64,000 bases of DNA from Thermodesulfobacteriota bacterium (GTDB taxonomy: Bacteria; Desulfobacterota_D; UBA1144; Nemesobacterales; Nemesobacteraceae). Every line of letters starts with the position of its first letter. The stretch's first letter is position 1. Below, piece after piece: positions 1 to 9,561 of the stretch. The notes under the pieces are model-generated. The model had not been told where the DNA came from. It ran no database searches and saw only the letters and a list, made by a program, of their open reading frames with translations. A program made the position numbers and the translations under genes. The stretch covers positions 140,549-204,548 of the forward strand of contig OZ219814.1 of assembly GCA_964291665.2 (NCBI GenBank), in the 5' to 3' direction.

Positions 1-973
1 TATCGGCCTGAAGAACGAAACTGCTGAAAATAGAGTCCGGCAAGAGTTCGAGCTTCGGGCGGATTTCATCCTGATCTCCAGCCAGTTCCCCGGAGAAAGT
101 TATCCTGGATACCTTGTACTGAAGCCCTTCTTCTATTGAGAAACTCACCACATAGCCGTCTTTTTCCTCGTCGTAACGAATTCCAGGTTCAGAAACCCTT
201 ACGTCAAGATATCCGTTATCAATGTAAACCGCTTTTATCCTGTCGGAATCCCTTTCTATCTCCTCAATTTTGAAAAGCCCTCTCTTCGTTATAAAAGAGA
301 GAAGATATTTGGGCTTTGAATACATATTTTTTCTGATCTTCTTAGTCTCGATTTCACTGTTTCCGACAAGCTCAACTTCTTTTATGTACTTTCTTTCTCC
401 CTCGTCAATCCTGTAGACAACATCGACGACTCCATCTCCCCTGGGCTCGATCTCATATTCGACCTCAGTTCCAACCAAGCCCTTCTCGGAAGCAAGGTCG
501 AGTATTATCTCCCTGCCTTCCGTTATCTTCTTCAGGCTTACGATGCGCCCTTCCCTGAATGCCACGGCTTCCTTTATGTCATCTTCTTTTAGCTTGTCGT
601 TTCCAGAGAGCTTAAGATCCGCGAGTACCGGGTTCTCTTCAACTGCAAACTCAACCCTGAGACCGCCTTCAATTGCTTTAACGTCAACAAGAACCTGCTG
701 GAAGAAATCAAGCTTGTATATTCTCTTCAGATCATCTTTTACGGTCTGCGAGGAATATTCATCGCCCTGCTTGGTCTCTATATTGAGGTCTATAAGGGAG
801 GTTTCGGTTCTCCGGTTGCCAGAAATTACCACCTCGACGACTGTGCCCTCGAGGGACTGAGACTCCTCACGTTCTTCTCCGGCAGGGGGGTCCTGCGCCA
901 TAGAACCCGCGGTTGAGAACGTCGCCATGACAAGAAAAACAGCCAAATGAAATACAAGACTTTTAGTTCGCAT
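1..973 (-). CDS. bamA: Outer membrane protein assembly factor BamA, N-terminal part (gene runs off the left edge)
   Basis: Not in the ORF track. Minus-strand translation from the ATG at 973-971 gives MRTKSLVFHLAVFLVMATFSTAGSMAQD (signal peptide). It continues VVEVVISGNRRTETSLIDLNIETKQGDEY..., KYIKEVELVGNSEIETKKIRK... and RIKAVYIDNGYLDVRV..., which are repeated POTRA-like modules typical of the Omp85/BamA N-terminus. The start overlaps the lolD stop by 11 nt. Confidence 0.8.
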   Translation of the reverse strand, partial: MRTKSLVFHLAVFLVMATFSTAGSMAQDPPAGEEREESQSLEGTVVEVVISGNRRTETSLIDLNIETKQGDEYSSQTVKDDLKRIYKLDFFQQVLVDVKAIEGGLRVEFAVEENPVLADLKLSGNDKLKEDDIKEAVAFREGRIVSLKKITEGREIILDLASEKGLVGTEVEYEIEPRGDGVVDVVYRIDEGERKYIKEVELVGNSEIETKKIRKNMYSKPKYLLSFITKRGLFKIEEIERDSDRIKAVYIDNGYLDVRVSEPGIRYDEEKDGYVVSFSIEEGLQYKVSRITFSGELAGDQDEIRPKLELLPDSIFSSFVLQAD

Positions 974-1646
974 CGGCAACCATCCCGTCTGATATTCTAA
1001 CAGTTTTTTTCATTCTCTTCGCAAATTCGTCGTTGTGCGTAACCATAACAACCGTAACCCCGTAATCCTCGTTAAGCCTGCAGAACAGATCAAGAACCGA
1101 GAATCCCGTTTTTTTGTCAAGATTCCCGGTGGGCTCGTCGGCAAGTATTACCTTCGGTCCCCTGACAATTGATCTGGCGATCGCCACTCTCTGCTGCTCT
1201 CCCCCGGAAAGCTCTCCCGGAAGATGGTTGAGACGCTCGGAAAGTCCCACCCTCTCAAGTACATCGCAAGCCTTTTCTCTCGCCACAGCAAGGCTCTGTC
1301 TTTCTATAAGACAGGGCATCATGACGTTTTCAAGTGCCGTAAATTCCATAAGAAGGTAATGAAATTGAAAAATAAATCCAATTTCCGAGTTTCTGAAAAC
1401 CGAGAGTTCTTCTTCATCTTGGCTGAAAAGATCCTTCCCCCTGTAGAGGACAGAACCTTTTGTCGGCGGTTCAAGAGTACCAAGTATGTGAAGAAGAGTG
1501 CTTTTTCCAGAACCCGATACCCCAACGACTCCGAGAGTTTCTCCGGCAAGAATATCCATATTCACTCCGCCAAGAGCGCGCACGCTGCTGCCCGACTTAT
1601 TGAAAACCTTTCCAAGTCCCCTGACCTTGTATAGAAACTCACTCAT
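963..1646 (-). CDS. lolD: Lipoprotein-releasing ABC transporter ATP-binding protein LolD
   Basis: 227 aa. Walker A GVSGSGKST, ABC signature LSGGEQQRV, Walker B ILADEPTGNLD. Overlaps the upstream LolC/E-type permease gene by 8 nt. Confidence 0.88.
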   Translation of the reverse strand: MSEFLYKVRGLGKVFNKSGSSVRALGGVNMDILAGETLGVVGVSGSGKSTLLHILGTLEPPTKGSVLYRGKDLFSQDEEELSVFRNSEIGFIFQFHYLLMEFTALENVMMPCLIERQSLAVAREKACDVLERVGLSERLNHLPGELSGGEQQRVAIARSIVRGPKVILADEPTGNLDKKTGFSVLDLFCRLNEDYGVTVVMVTHNDEFAKRMKKTVRISDGMVADAN

Positions 1647-2934
1647 ATCTCAATGACTCCACGGGGTTTTCTCTCGAAGCCCTGTAAGACGGGTAGAGAG
1701 TAGCAAGAAAGCATATAAGGAGGCTTGATGCCGCTACGACGAGAAAATAAACCGGCTCTATCCTAACAGGGAATTCGGAAATAGGGTACACGTTATCATC
1801 AAACGGAATCGCCTCCTTTATAAAATTGCTGGTCTCAAGAAAGCGGCAGATCAGGTATCCGAAGAGCGTGCCGAGAAGCGTTCCGACGGTCCCTATTATC
1901 ATTCCGTCGTAGACAAATATCTTTCTGATGCCGCTTTTGCGAGCTCCCATGGATATGAGCACTGCTATGTCCCTTTTTTTCTCCATAACAAGCATCGTAA
2001 GCGTGCTGACTATATTCAAGGCAGCGACAAGAACTATAAACCCGAGAAATATTCCTATCGCCATTCTCTCGAGGCGAAGCGCCCTGAAAAGGCTTCTGTT
2101 CGAATCCTCCCAGTTCTTCGCGTAGAAAGGAAAGCCGAGAGTTTCGGCTATCTTATTCCCCGTTTCGCGCGCCTGATATATGTCATCCACCCTGACTTCT
2201 ATGCCCGTTATCTGGCTTCGGGTTTCAAAGAAACTCATGGCATCCTCAAGTGACACGAAGGCAGTAGAGGAGTCGTATTCAATCATGCCGTAATCAAAAA
2301 CTCCTATCACGCCGAATTTCCTTATCTTGGCAGTCGGGCCGAAAGGACCGATCTTTCCGTAAGGAGAAACAAGATTGACGGTATCTCCGGTTGTCGCGCC
2401 AATCAGATTTGAAAGTTCCCTGCCTATGATGATCGGAGGGTGCCCGGAAGCAGTTTTACGTAAAAGCCCCGAAACAATCCGGGCGCCTTCATCAAAAAGG
2501 GCATCGCGGTTTTTACCTGTCTCCGGCAAACTGCCTTTTCCCACCGCTTCGGCCACAGCGGCAACCGAGGCTGAATTGTTTGGGTCTATCCCCCTTATCA
2601 CGGAACCTGAGACAGCATACTCCGTAACAAGCATGCCGTGATTGTAAACAAAGGGGCTCGTAGAGGTTACACCGGGAAAGTGCTCAAGTTTCTTCTCCAC
2701 CTCCGCAAAGTCCCCGAAATTTCCTTCGTAGCTCATTACAACTACGTGGGAACTCGCGCCGATTATCTTGTCCCTGAGTTCATCCTCAAACCCCTTCATG
2801 ACCGACAGCACCACGTCAAGCGAAGCCACTCCCAGGAAAACACCCAGAATGGAAATTAGACCGATCAGGGAGAGAAAACCACGCCCAGTTCCCGATTTGA
2901 GGTACCTAAGGGAGATTAACGATTCGTAACTCAT
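1639..2934 (-). CDS. lolC: Lipoprotein-releasing system permease LolC/LolE family
   Basis: 431 aa. Typical LolC/E start (MSYESLISLRYLKS), an N-terminal TM, a large periplasmic domain and a C-terminal FtsX-type TM bundle. Coupled to lolD. Confidence 0.85.
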   Translation of the reverse strand: MSYESLISLRYLKSGTGRGFLSLIGLISILGVFLGVASLDVVLSVMKGFEDELRDKIIGASSHVVVMSYEGNFGDFAEVEKKLEHFPGVTSTSPFVYNHGMLVTEYAVSGSVIRGIDPNNSASVAAVAEAVGKGSLPETGKNRDALFDEGARIVSGLLRKTASGHPPIIIGRELSNLIGATTGDTVNLVSPYGKIGPFGPTAKIRKFGVIGVFDYGMIEYDSSTAFVSLEDAMSFFETRSQITGIEVRVDDIYQARETGNKIAETLGFPFYAKNWEDSNRSLFRALRLERMAIGIFLGFIVLVAALNIVSTLTMLVMEKKRDIAVLISMGARKSGIRKIFVYDGMIIGTVGTLLGTLFGYLICRFLETSNFIKEAIPFDDNVYPISEFPVRIEPVYFLVVAASSLLICFLATLYPSYRASRENPVESLRYE

Positions 2935-2935
2935 A

Positions 2936-4396
2936 CTAAGGTCTGAGGTGAGGGAAGAAAATGACTTCTCTTATGGAAGAGGAGTTGGTAAGCAGCATCA
3001 CAAGACGGTCGATCCCTATACCGGCTCCGGCCGTGGGAGGCATTCCGTACTCAAGGGCCGACACGTAGTCATTATCCATTTCGTGATATTCATCCTCGCC
3101 CTTTTTCTTCATCTCGGCCTGGTCCGTGAACCGTTTTTTCTGATCAATCGGGTCGTTAAGCTCAGAAAAAGCATTGGCTATCTCCCTTCCGTAGATGTAG
3201 AGCTCGAATCTGTCAACCACTTCAGGATCATCATCGTTTTTTCTGGCAAGCGGGGAGACATCAAGCGGGAACCCGTAAACAAAAGTCGGGTTGAGGAGAT
3301 TATCTTCGAAAAGCGTCTCGAAAATCTCCGTGAGAGCTTTTCCCTTAATTCCGTTATGGTTTATTCCCATTGAATCCGCTCTCGCAAAAAGAAACTGGTC
3401 ATCTTCCGTTATTTCGGAACCGAATTTCTCCCGCAGAGCCTCATAAATGTTAATCCTCTTCCAAGGTCTCTTGAAGTCTATCTTCTTGTCTTCGTACTCA
3501 ACCAGCGTATCTCCGACCGTATTCTCCGCCACGTAGCAGACAAGTTCCTCTATTAGATTCATAAGATCTTCGTAAGTCGCGTAAGCCTGATAGAACTCAA
3601 TCATGGTGAATTCCGGGTTGTGCTTGGTCGACACTCCTTCATTTCTGAACGTTCTTCCAAGTTCATAAACCCTATCAAGTCCTCCGACGACAAGTCGTTT
3701 CAGGTAAAGCTCAGGCGCTATTCTCAGGTAAAGATCCATATCAAGGGCGTTGTGATGAGTAATAAAGGGTTTTGCGGTCGCGCCTCCGGCAATCGGATGA
3801 AGCACCGGGGTCTCAACTTCAAGGAAATCCCTTTCGTCAAGAAACCTTCTGATGAGATTTATCACCTTTGACCTTGTCTTGAAAATCTCCTTGGTTCTCT
3901 GGTTAGCAATCAGATCCAGGTAGCGCTGGCGGTATCTTGTCTCCACATCCTGAAGACCATGCCATTTTTCAGGAAGCGGTCTCAGGGCCTTTGTGAGGAA
4001 AAAAAGTTCTCGGACTCTCACTGTAAGCTCCCCGGTCCTGGTTTTAAAAAGCTCTCCGCGGACGCCGGCAAAATCCCCTACGTCAAGTAGTTTGCGAAAT
4101 AGCATAAAGGTTTTCTCGTCAATGGAGTTTTTCTGTATGAACCCCTGAATCCGCCCCGTGCGGTCCGAGAGATGAAAAAAAGCGCTTTTTCCGAAATCCC
4201 TCTTTGAAACGATTCTTCCGGCCAAGCTGAAGAGACCTTCCATCTGTTCAAGTTCTTCAGGAGACTTCGAGGCGTGCAAAGAGAGCAGATCTCCGGCGGC
4301 ATGCTCCGGTGTAAAACCGTTTGCATAAGGGTCAATGCCCAGTGCCCTTAGCTCTTCTAGTTTTGATTTTCTTAGTTCAAACTGCTTATCTTCCAT
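2936..4396 (-). CDS. lysS: Lysine--tRNA ligase (class II)
   Basis: 486 aa. N-terminal OB-fold region and class II motifs ([18 protein letters not shown]). Confidence 0.95.
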   Translation of the reverse strand: MEDKQFELRKSKLEELRALGIDPYANGFTPEHAAGDLLSLHASKSPEELEQMEGLFSLAGRIVSKRDFGKSAFFHLSDRTGRIQGFIQKNSIDEKTFMLFRKLLDVGDFAGVRGELFKTRTGELTVRVRELFFLTKALRPLPEKWHGLQDVETRYRQRYLDLIANQRTKEIFKTRSKVINLIRRFLDERDFLEVETPVLHPIAGGATAKPFITHHNALDMDLYLRIAPELYLKRLVVGGLDRVYELGRTFRNEGVSTKHNPEFTMIEFYQAYATYEDLMNLIEELVCYVAENTVGDTLVEYEDKKIDFKRPWKRINIYEALREKFGSEITEDDQFLFARADSMGINHNGIKGKALTEIFETLFEDNLLNPTFVYGFPLDVSPLARKNDDDPEVVDRFELYIYGREIANAFSELNDPIDQKKRFTDQAEMKKKGEDEYHEMDNDYVSALEYGMPPTAGAGIGIDRLVMLLTNSSSIREVIFFPHLRP

Positions 4397-4441
4397 TGCG
4401 TTGGAATCTCTTTTCCGTTGGCTTTCGCAAAAAAATAAAAC

Positions 4442-5722
4442 CTAGTTGCGACTGAAAACAACCTTTCCCGAAACTATCGTATTGCTCACCACCCCTTTTA
4501 GTTCCCACCCGGAAAACGGAGTGTTTCTGCTCTTTGAGAAAAACTCCTCAGGGTTTACCGTGCGGCTCATACCGGAATCGAACACCACGAGGTCGGCGAT
4601 TGAACCCGGGGCAAGCGTCCCTCTTTCTATTCCCACTATCTCTGAAGGAGCAACAGTAAGCTTTTTTATCATCTCGTTAAGTGTAATAGTTCCTTTTTCC
4701 ACCAGTTCAAGCGAAAGCGAGAGGGCAGTCTCAAGACCAACTATGCCGAAAGGTGCTAAGTCAAATTCAACGTTTTTTTCATCTTGGCTGTGAGGGGCAT
4801 GATCCGTAGCTATCACGTCAATTGTTCCATCGGCGATGCCTTCTAGTATGGCATCCACATCTTCCTGGGTCCTAAGCGGCGGATTCATCTTGGCATTGGT
4901 GTTGTAACCATAGACCAAGTTGTCCGTAAGAGTGAAATGATGAGGAGTCGCCTCCGCCGTAACCTTAGCGCCTCTTTTTTTCGCTTCCCGCACAAGTCTT
5001 ACGGAACCCTTGGTGGAAACATGGCAGATGTGAAGAGGAGTGCCCGTGAGTTCGCAGAGAATTATGTCCCTGACCACCCCAACTTCCTCAGAAGCGGCGG
5101 GAATTCCCCGAAGGCCGAGTTCGGTTGAAACGAAACCCTCGTTCATAACGCCGCCCGCGGAAAGCCCGGTATCCTCGGCATGAGTGATAACCGGAATCCC
5201 AAAAGGCTTTACATACTCCATGGCTTTTCGCATAAGCCCCGAGTCCGTAACTGGCATTCCGTCGTCGGAAATGCCCACGCATCCGGCTTCGCACATCTCG
5301 CCTATGTCGGCAAGTTCCTCTCCCTTCTCTCCCTTGGTTATCGCACCTATGGGAAACACATTGACTATCCCTTCTGTTCTCGCTTTTAAGAGTATGTACT
5401 CGGTCACCGATGCATTGTCGTTTATGGGGTTCGTGTTGGGCATACACACTATGGAAGTAAAACCACCCGCGGCGGCGGCAAGACAACCCGTTTTTATCGT
5501 CTCCTTGTGTTCATAGCCCGGTTCCCTTAGATGTACGTGAATATCTATGAATCCCGGGGCCACGACCTGCCCGCTTGCGTCTATTACCGTGTCTGACTTG
5601 CGCGGGGTGTCTATGCGCTCTGATATTTCCTTTATCCTGTCTCCCTGGACATATACGTCTGAGACCATGTCAAGGGATTGTGAAGGATCAATAACGCGCC
5701 CGTTTTTAATGAGCACTCCCAT
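4442..5722 (-). CDS. pyrC: Dihydroorotase
   Basis: 426 aa. Amidohydrolase HxH motif (FIDIHVHLREPG) and DHAPH. Abuts pyrB with no gap. Confidence 0.9.
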   Translation of the reverse strand: MGVLIKNGRVIDPSQSLDMVSDVYVQGDRIKEISERIDTPRKSDTVIDASGQVVAPGFIDIHVHLREPGYEHKETIKTGCLAAAAGGFTSIVCMPNTNPINDNASVTEYILLKARTEGIVNVFPIGAITKGEKGEELADIGEMCEAGCVGISDDGMPVTDSGLMRKAMEYVKPFGIPVITHAEDTGLSAGGVMNEGFVSTELGLRGIPAASEEVGVVRDIILCELTGTPLHICHVSTKGSVRLVREAKKRGAKVTAEATPHHFTLTDNLVYGYNTNAKMNPPLRTQEDVDAILEGIADGTIDVIATDHAPHSQDEKNVEFDLAPFGIVGLETALSLSLELVEKGTITLNEMIKKLTVAPSEIVGIERGTLAPGSIADLVVFDSGMSRTVNPEEFFSKSRNTPFSGWELKGVVSNTIVSGKVVFSRN

Positions 5723-6649
5723 CTATAAGCTCTCTCCCAAGGCAACAAGATATATCATGGCCATTCTCACGGCAATTCCGTTTGCCACTTGTTCAAGTAT
5801 AACGGCGTCCGGATCATCGGCTATCTCCGAAGTAAGCTCAACTCCCCGGTTAATCGGACCCGGATGCATCACTATCACGTCTTTTTTGGCAAGTCTGAGT
5901 TTTTCCCTGGTAAGCCCGTAAAGTCCCGAGTATTCCCTCAGCGAGGGAAAGTATTCAAGAGTTTTTCTCTCGCTCTGAACCCGCAGCATTATCACCACAT
6001 CCACATTTTCGATGGCGTGTTCAAGCGAATAAAATATCTCTGCCCCCATCTCGGTGAAGTATTCGGGAACTATGGTTGCCGGCCCGACTATCCTCACATT
6101 TGCCCCGAGTTTCCTGAGGCCGAAGATGTTGGATCTGGCTACCCTGCTGTTGAGAATATCCCCAACGATAAGCACATCAAGGTCTTCGATTCCTCCTTTT
6201 TTCTCTCTTATGGTGAAAATATCAATAAGAGCCTGGCTTGGATGCTCGTGGGAGCCGTCTCCGGCGTTTATCACCGAGGCGTTTATCTCGCGGGCAAGAA
6301 CAAAAGGCGCGCCGGACATTCCATGCCTTATAACCATTATGCTCGCGCCCATGGCCTCGAAATTTCTGGCAGTGTCGAGAAGGCTCTCCCCTTTTACAAC
6401 GCTGCTTTGCGAAGCGGAAAAATTCAGAACATCAGCACTGAGTCTTTTCTCAGCGATTTCAAATGACGATCGGGTCCTGGTACTGGGTTCGAAAAAGAGA
6501 TTCACTACGGTTCTTCCCTTAAGAGTCGGAACCTTCTTTACGTCCCTAGTGGAAATCTCCTTCATGGACTCCGCGGTGTCGAGAATGATCTTAATTTCCT
6601 CGGCCGAGAGTTCTCCAAGACCCAGTATGTGCTTTTTGTTAAACGCCAT
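5723..6649 (-). CDS. pyrB: Aspartate carbamoyltransferase catalytic subunit
   Basis: 308 aa. Carbamoyl-phosphate motif FFEPSTRTRSSFE, plus HEHPSQAL and HPGP. Confidence 0.95.
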   Translation of the reverse strand: MAFNKKHILGLGELSAEEIKIILDTAESMKEISTRDVKKVPTLKGRTVVNLFFEPSTRTRSSFEIAEKRLSADVLNFSASQSSVVKGESLLDTARNFEAMGASIMVIRHGMSGAPFVLAREINASVINAGDGSHEHPSQALIDIFTIREKKGGIEDLDVLIVGDILNSRVARSNIFGLRKLGANVRIVGPATIVPEYFTEMGAEIFYSLEHAIENVDVVIMLRVQSERKTLEYFPSLREYSGLYGLTREKLRLAKKDVIVMHPGPINRGVELTSEIADDPDAVILEQVANGIAVRMAMIYLVALGESL

Positions 6650-7181
6650 TTTTTCTGATTATCTCGATTTCCTCCCTGCCGTCCACTTCTTCCAGGTAAA
6701 CGTTGACCATCTCGTCGTCTAACGTTTCGATGCTGATTCCCGCATAGTCGGGCTGCACGGGGAGTTCCCTTCCTCCCCTGTCCACGAGCACCGCTAGCTT
6801 GACCGAGGCCGGCCTTCCATAATCCATGATTGAATTTATTGCGGCCCGCACAGTACGGCCAGTGTAGAGGACATCGTCAACAAGTATTATGTTTTTCCCC
6901 TGTACGTCATTGGGGATACTGGTTTTGCGCAGTCGCGGCCAGTTTTTCCTGTTCTCGAAATCATCCCTGTAAAGAGTAATATCGATCGTTCCAAAGGTAA
7001 CATCCTTTCCAGTCCGTTCACTTATACGCTCAACGAGCCTCTTGCCCAGATATTCCCCTCTTGTCTTTATTCCTATGACAATAAGGCTGCTTAGCCTCTC
7101 AGGCGGTATGTCGTCTATGATTCCGGAGAAAAAACTCTCGGCCCTGTCCTCAATCGGTTCTATTTTTTTCTTGGTCGCCAT
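6639..7181 (-). CDS. pyrR: Bifunctional pyrimidine operon regulator / uracil phosphoribosyltransferase PyrR
   Basis: 180 aa. PRPP-binding loop IILVDDVLYTGRTVRAA. 11-nt overlap with pyrB. Confidence 0.9.
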   Translation of the reverse strand: MATKKKIEPIEDRAESFFSGIIDDIPPERLSSLIVIGIKTRGEYLGKRLVERISERTGKDVTFGTIDITLYRDDFENRKNWPRLRKTSIPNDVQGKNIILVDDVLYTGRTVRAAINSIMDYGRPASVKLAVLVDRGGRELPVQPDYAGISIETLDDEMVNVYLEEVDGREEIEIIRKNGV

Positions 7182-7303
7182 AATTCAGGGGAATTATACA
7201 GGAAAGTTTACAAAATTATAGACATGTGTCATGAGGCACAAAGATAATCCTGCTCTTGCTTCCGAGCCCCGATCAGACAGCGGGAAGACTTCGTCGCAGT
7301 AAA

Positions 7304-8422
7304 CTAGCGCCAGATGCGTTTTCTCAAGAAAACCACCGAGAACAAAATGGACGCCGCAGGGAGCAGGTTAAGCATAAGCAAAGTGGTTTGATGCGTGCTG
7401 CCGGTTGCGGCGATGGAACACCCGTCATCATCGCCTTCCGCCGAGGCGTTCCAGTAACGGGCGCGTTTAAGGAAAACTTCAGGATCCTGCACCCACTCCG
7501 CAAAACCGATATGCCGGTTGTCGGTCAGATAGTTGATCCAGGCATCAACACAGTCGGCGAGGGCTCGGTCATCCTTATCAAAGGCAAAGCCGCCGTACTC
7601 CACTTCCGGGTCGAGGGCCGTTACGACGAAACGGAAATTGGAGTTTCGGGAAGCCTCATGGTTGCCCAAACCACCACGGGCCACGGCATCCACCCGCCCA
7701 TTTTCCAAGGCAGCAAGCTGCTCCTGATCCGTTGACATGATGAGCACTTCCCTGACGGTTCCCTGAGTCCCCTCGATGCTCGTACGGCCCGATAGGTTTT
7801 CGGTTGAGGCAGCAGCGGTGATCCTATAGTCGGCGCTGCCGTCGGCAGTGAGTCTCGCGCCATCGCCCAAGTGAACCACCGTGCCGGCAACCAGGTTGCC
7901 TTCGGCATCCACCACCCCGGTCAACTGCAGTAAACGATGTTCACCGGTCGAGCCTCCCAGCACGGCGACCCGCGCATCATCCAGATCATCATGCGAACCA
8001 TAGCGCTGGGCATCCTCCGCGCGCACTAAGAGTGACTGGCGGAATGTGATGTGTCCGGAAGTGAATGTGACCCTCGTCGTCCCCGCTGCGTCACGGGTGC
8101 GCGACTCAAGTATAGTGATGCCACCGCCCACCAAGTCATAACGAGGGGTAGCGGGCAGCAACCAAATGCCCGGCCATTCCTTGATGGCGCTACGGTTGAA
8201 TATAAACCCCGCGTCCTCCATCGTCTCCAGTGCGGTCAAGAGGTCGGCTTCGTAGCCGAGGTGACTGTTAAACCCGGAGCTGTCCGGGTCCAAGTTCTCG
8301 CTGTAGCTCACGGGTCTGAAGTCGGCGAAAAACCCGTACTCCAAGCGTCGACCGTCCTCGACACAGGCTTCACGCAAGTGCCGGGGAGGTACTTCCGTTC
8401 GCGCAATTGCTGTGCCCGCCAC
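7304..8422 (-). CDS. Family-3 solute-binding-protein-like exported protein with a C-terminal sorting-signal-like tail. The 5' end is uncertain because the frame is open up to 8527.
   Basis: 372 aa from the GTG at 8422. Bilobed SBP-like motifs (GYEADLLTALE, ALENGRVDAVARG). The C-terminus is GCS, a spacer, a hydrophobic helix, then RKRIWR. The in-frame upstream stretch encodes a signal-peptide-like segment with no canonical start codon. Visibly GC-richer than its neighbours. Confidence 0.6.
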   Translation of the reverse strand: MAGTAIARTEVPPRHLREACVEDGRRLEYGFFADFRPVSYSENLDPDSSGFNSHLGYEADLLTALETMEDAGFIFNRSAIKEWPGIWLLPATPRYDLVGGGITILESRTRDAAGTTRVTFTSGHITFRQSLLVRAEDAQRYGSHDDLDDARVAVLGGSTGEHRLLQLTGVVDAEGNLVAGTVVHLGDGARLTADGSADYRITAAASTENLSGRTSIEGTQGTVREVLIMSTDQEQLAALENGRVDAVARGGLGNHEASRNSNFRFVVTALDPEVEYGGFAFDKDDRALADCVDAWINYLTDNRHIGFAEWVQDPEVFLKRARYWNASAEGDDDGCSIAATGSTHQTTLLMLNLLPAASILFSVVFLRKRIWR

Positions 8423-8577
8423 CCAGACGCACAGGACAACGCAAAGACAGAAGCCGCCACGAACCCCGGATTTTATTCCCGTACCAATTGTGCGTAATGT
8501 GTTCTGAGATGAGATGATTCGCGCAACCTACAAGCAAAAAACCAAGAAATGAGGAAACTGTCTAACCATCGAGAAAC

Positions 8578-9528
8578 TCATTCTATTCCCGAAAAAATTC
8601 TATTCCACCTTACCTTATCCGCAAAACCCGGGTTAGAGAGATTCCACGACCAGTGAATCATAAATGCCTTGCCGTAAACATTTTCCACCGGTACGAATCC
8701 CCAGAATCTGCTGTCGTAACTGTTATCCCTGTTATCGCCCATGACGAAAATCCTGCCCTTGGGAACAACAAGGGGAAAGCTCATTTTTCCGCTTGTCGTG
8801 GAACTGTTCCCCTTTTTATATATAACGCTGAAATTTTTCCCGGAAAGCGACTGCTCGTATCTGTCGGCAACGGAAAAGAATTTCTGGTCCGGATACTCGT
8901 AATTCCCGGTGTAGGTCTGCTCCACAGCTCTGCCGTTTATAAGAACGTCCCTTCCGCTTATGTCTATTTCATCCCCGGCGATACCCACGGCTCTTTTTAC
9001 GTAGAAAGCCCCCTTGCCGGGCATGGGAAAACCCGTTGCGTTATCCTCGCTGAGTTTGAAGACTACGATGTCGCCGCGATCAATCATGGAGAAGGGAAAA
9101 AACACCTCGTTGGTAAAAGGAATTCTTGTTCCGTAGACGAACTTGTTTATCAGGATATGATCACCCACAAGAAGGGTCGGAAGCATTGAGCCCGAGGGAA
9201 TCTTGAAGGGCTGAAACACGAAGGCTCTTATGGCCAGGGCGAGAGCTACAGCTATAACTATGGCTTCTACGTTCTGCCGCAGAGCGGATTTGCCGTAGGA
9301 CCTTAGATTGTCTTCAAAAAAAATCCGAAGGGCTTTCCTTGACGCTCTTATTTCGTGCAGGGAACCCCGTTCTATCGCCTCTTCGCAGGCAAGTATCCTT
9401 GCTTCGGCATGATCGGCTTCCCTGGGAGCCATGAAATTCCCTTTTTTCCGGATGATGCCTCTTACGGTGCGCACAAGCTTCCTTGAACTTCTTATGGCAA
9501 GCGTTTTTCTGATCCAGGTTATGATCAT
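8578..9528 (-). CDS. lepB: Signal peptidase I
   Basis: 316 aa. Catalytic Ser box IPSGSMLPTL, Lys box YVKRAVG, and GDNRDNSYDSRFWG. Confidence 0.9.
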   Translation of the reverse strand: MIITWIRKTLAIRSSRKLVRTVRGIIRKKGNFMAPREADHAEARILACEEAIERGSLHEIRASRKALRIFFEDNLRSYGKSALRQNVEAIVIAVALALAIRAFVFQPFKIPSGSMLPTLLVGDHILINKFVYGTRIPFTNEVFFPFSMIDRGDIVVFKLSEDNATGFPMPGKGAFYVKRAVGIAGDEIDISGRDVLINGRAVEQTYTGNYEYPDQKFFSVADRYEQSLSGKNFSVIYKKGNSSTTSGKMSFPLVVPKGRIFVMGDNRDNSYDSRFWGFVPVENVYGKAFMIHWSWNLSNPGFADKVRWNRIFSGIE

Positions 9529-9561
9529 GGCAAAAATGTCCGAACGCGCGCGAATGCCAGT

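Noticed and set aside
543-860. A 105-aa plus-strand ORF at the left edge.
   Set aside because: It lies antisense to the POTRA-domain region of bamA, and its translation is Ser/Thr/Leu-rich with no motifs.
7182-7303. PyrR-binding attenuator hairpin upstream of pyrR-pyrB-pyrC.
   Set aside because: There is no convincing match to the Bacillus-type PyrR loop (UCCAGAGAGG). The only similar string (CAAGAGCAGG) lies upstream of the likely promoter, in the spacer just beyond the neighbouring gene's 3' end.
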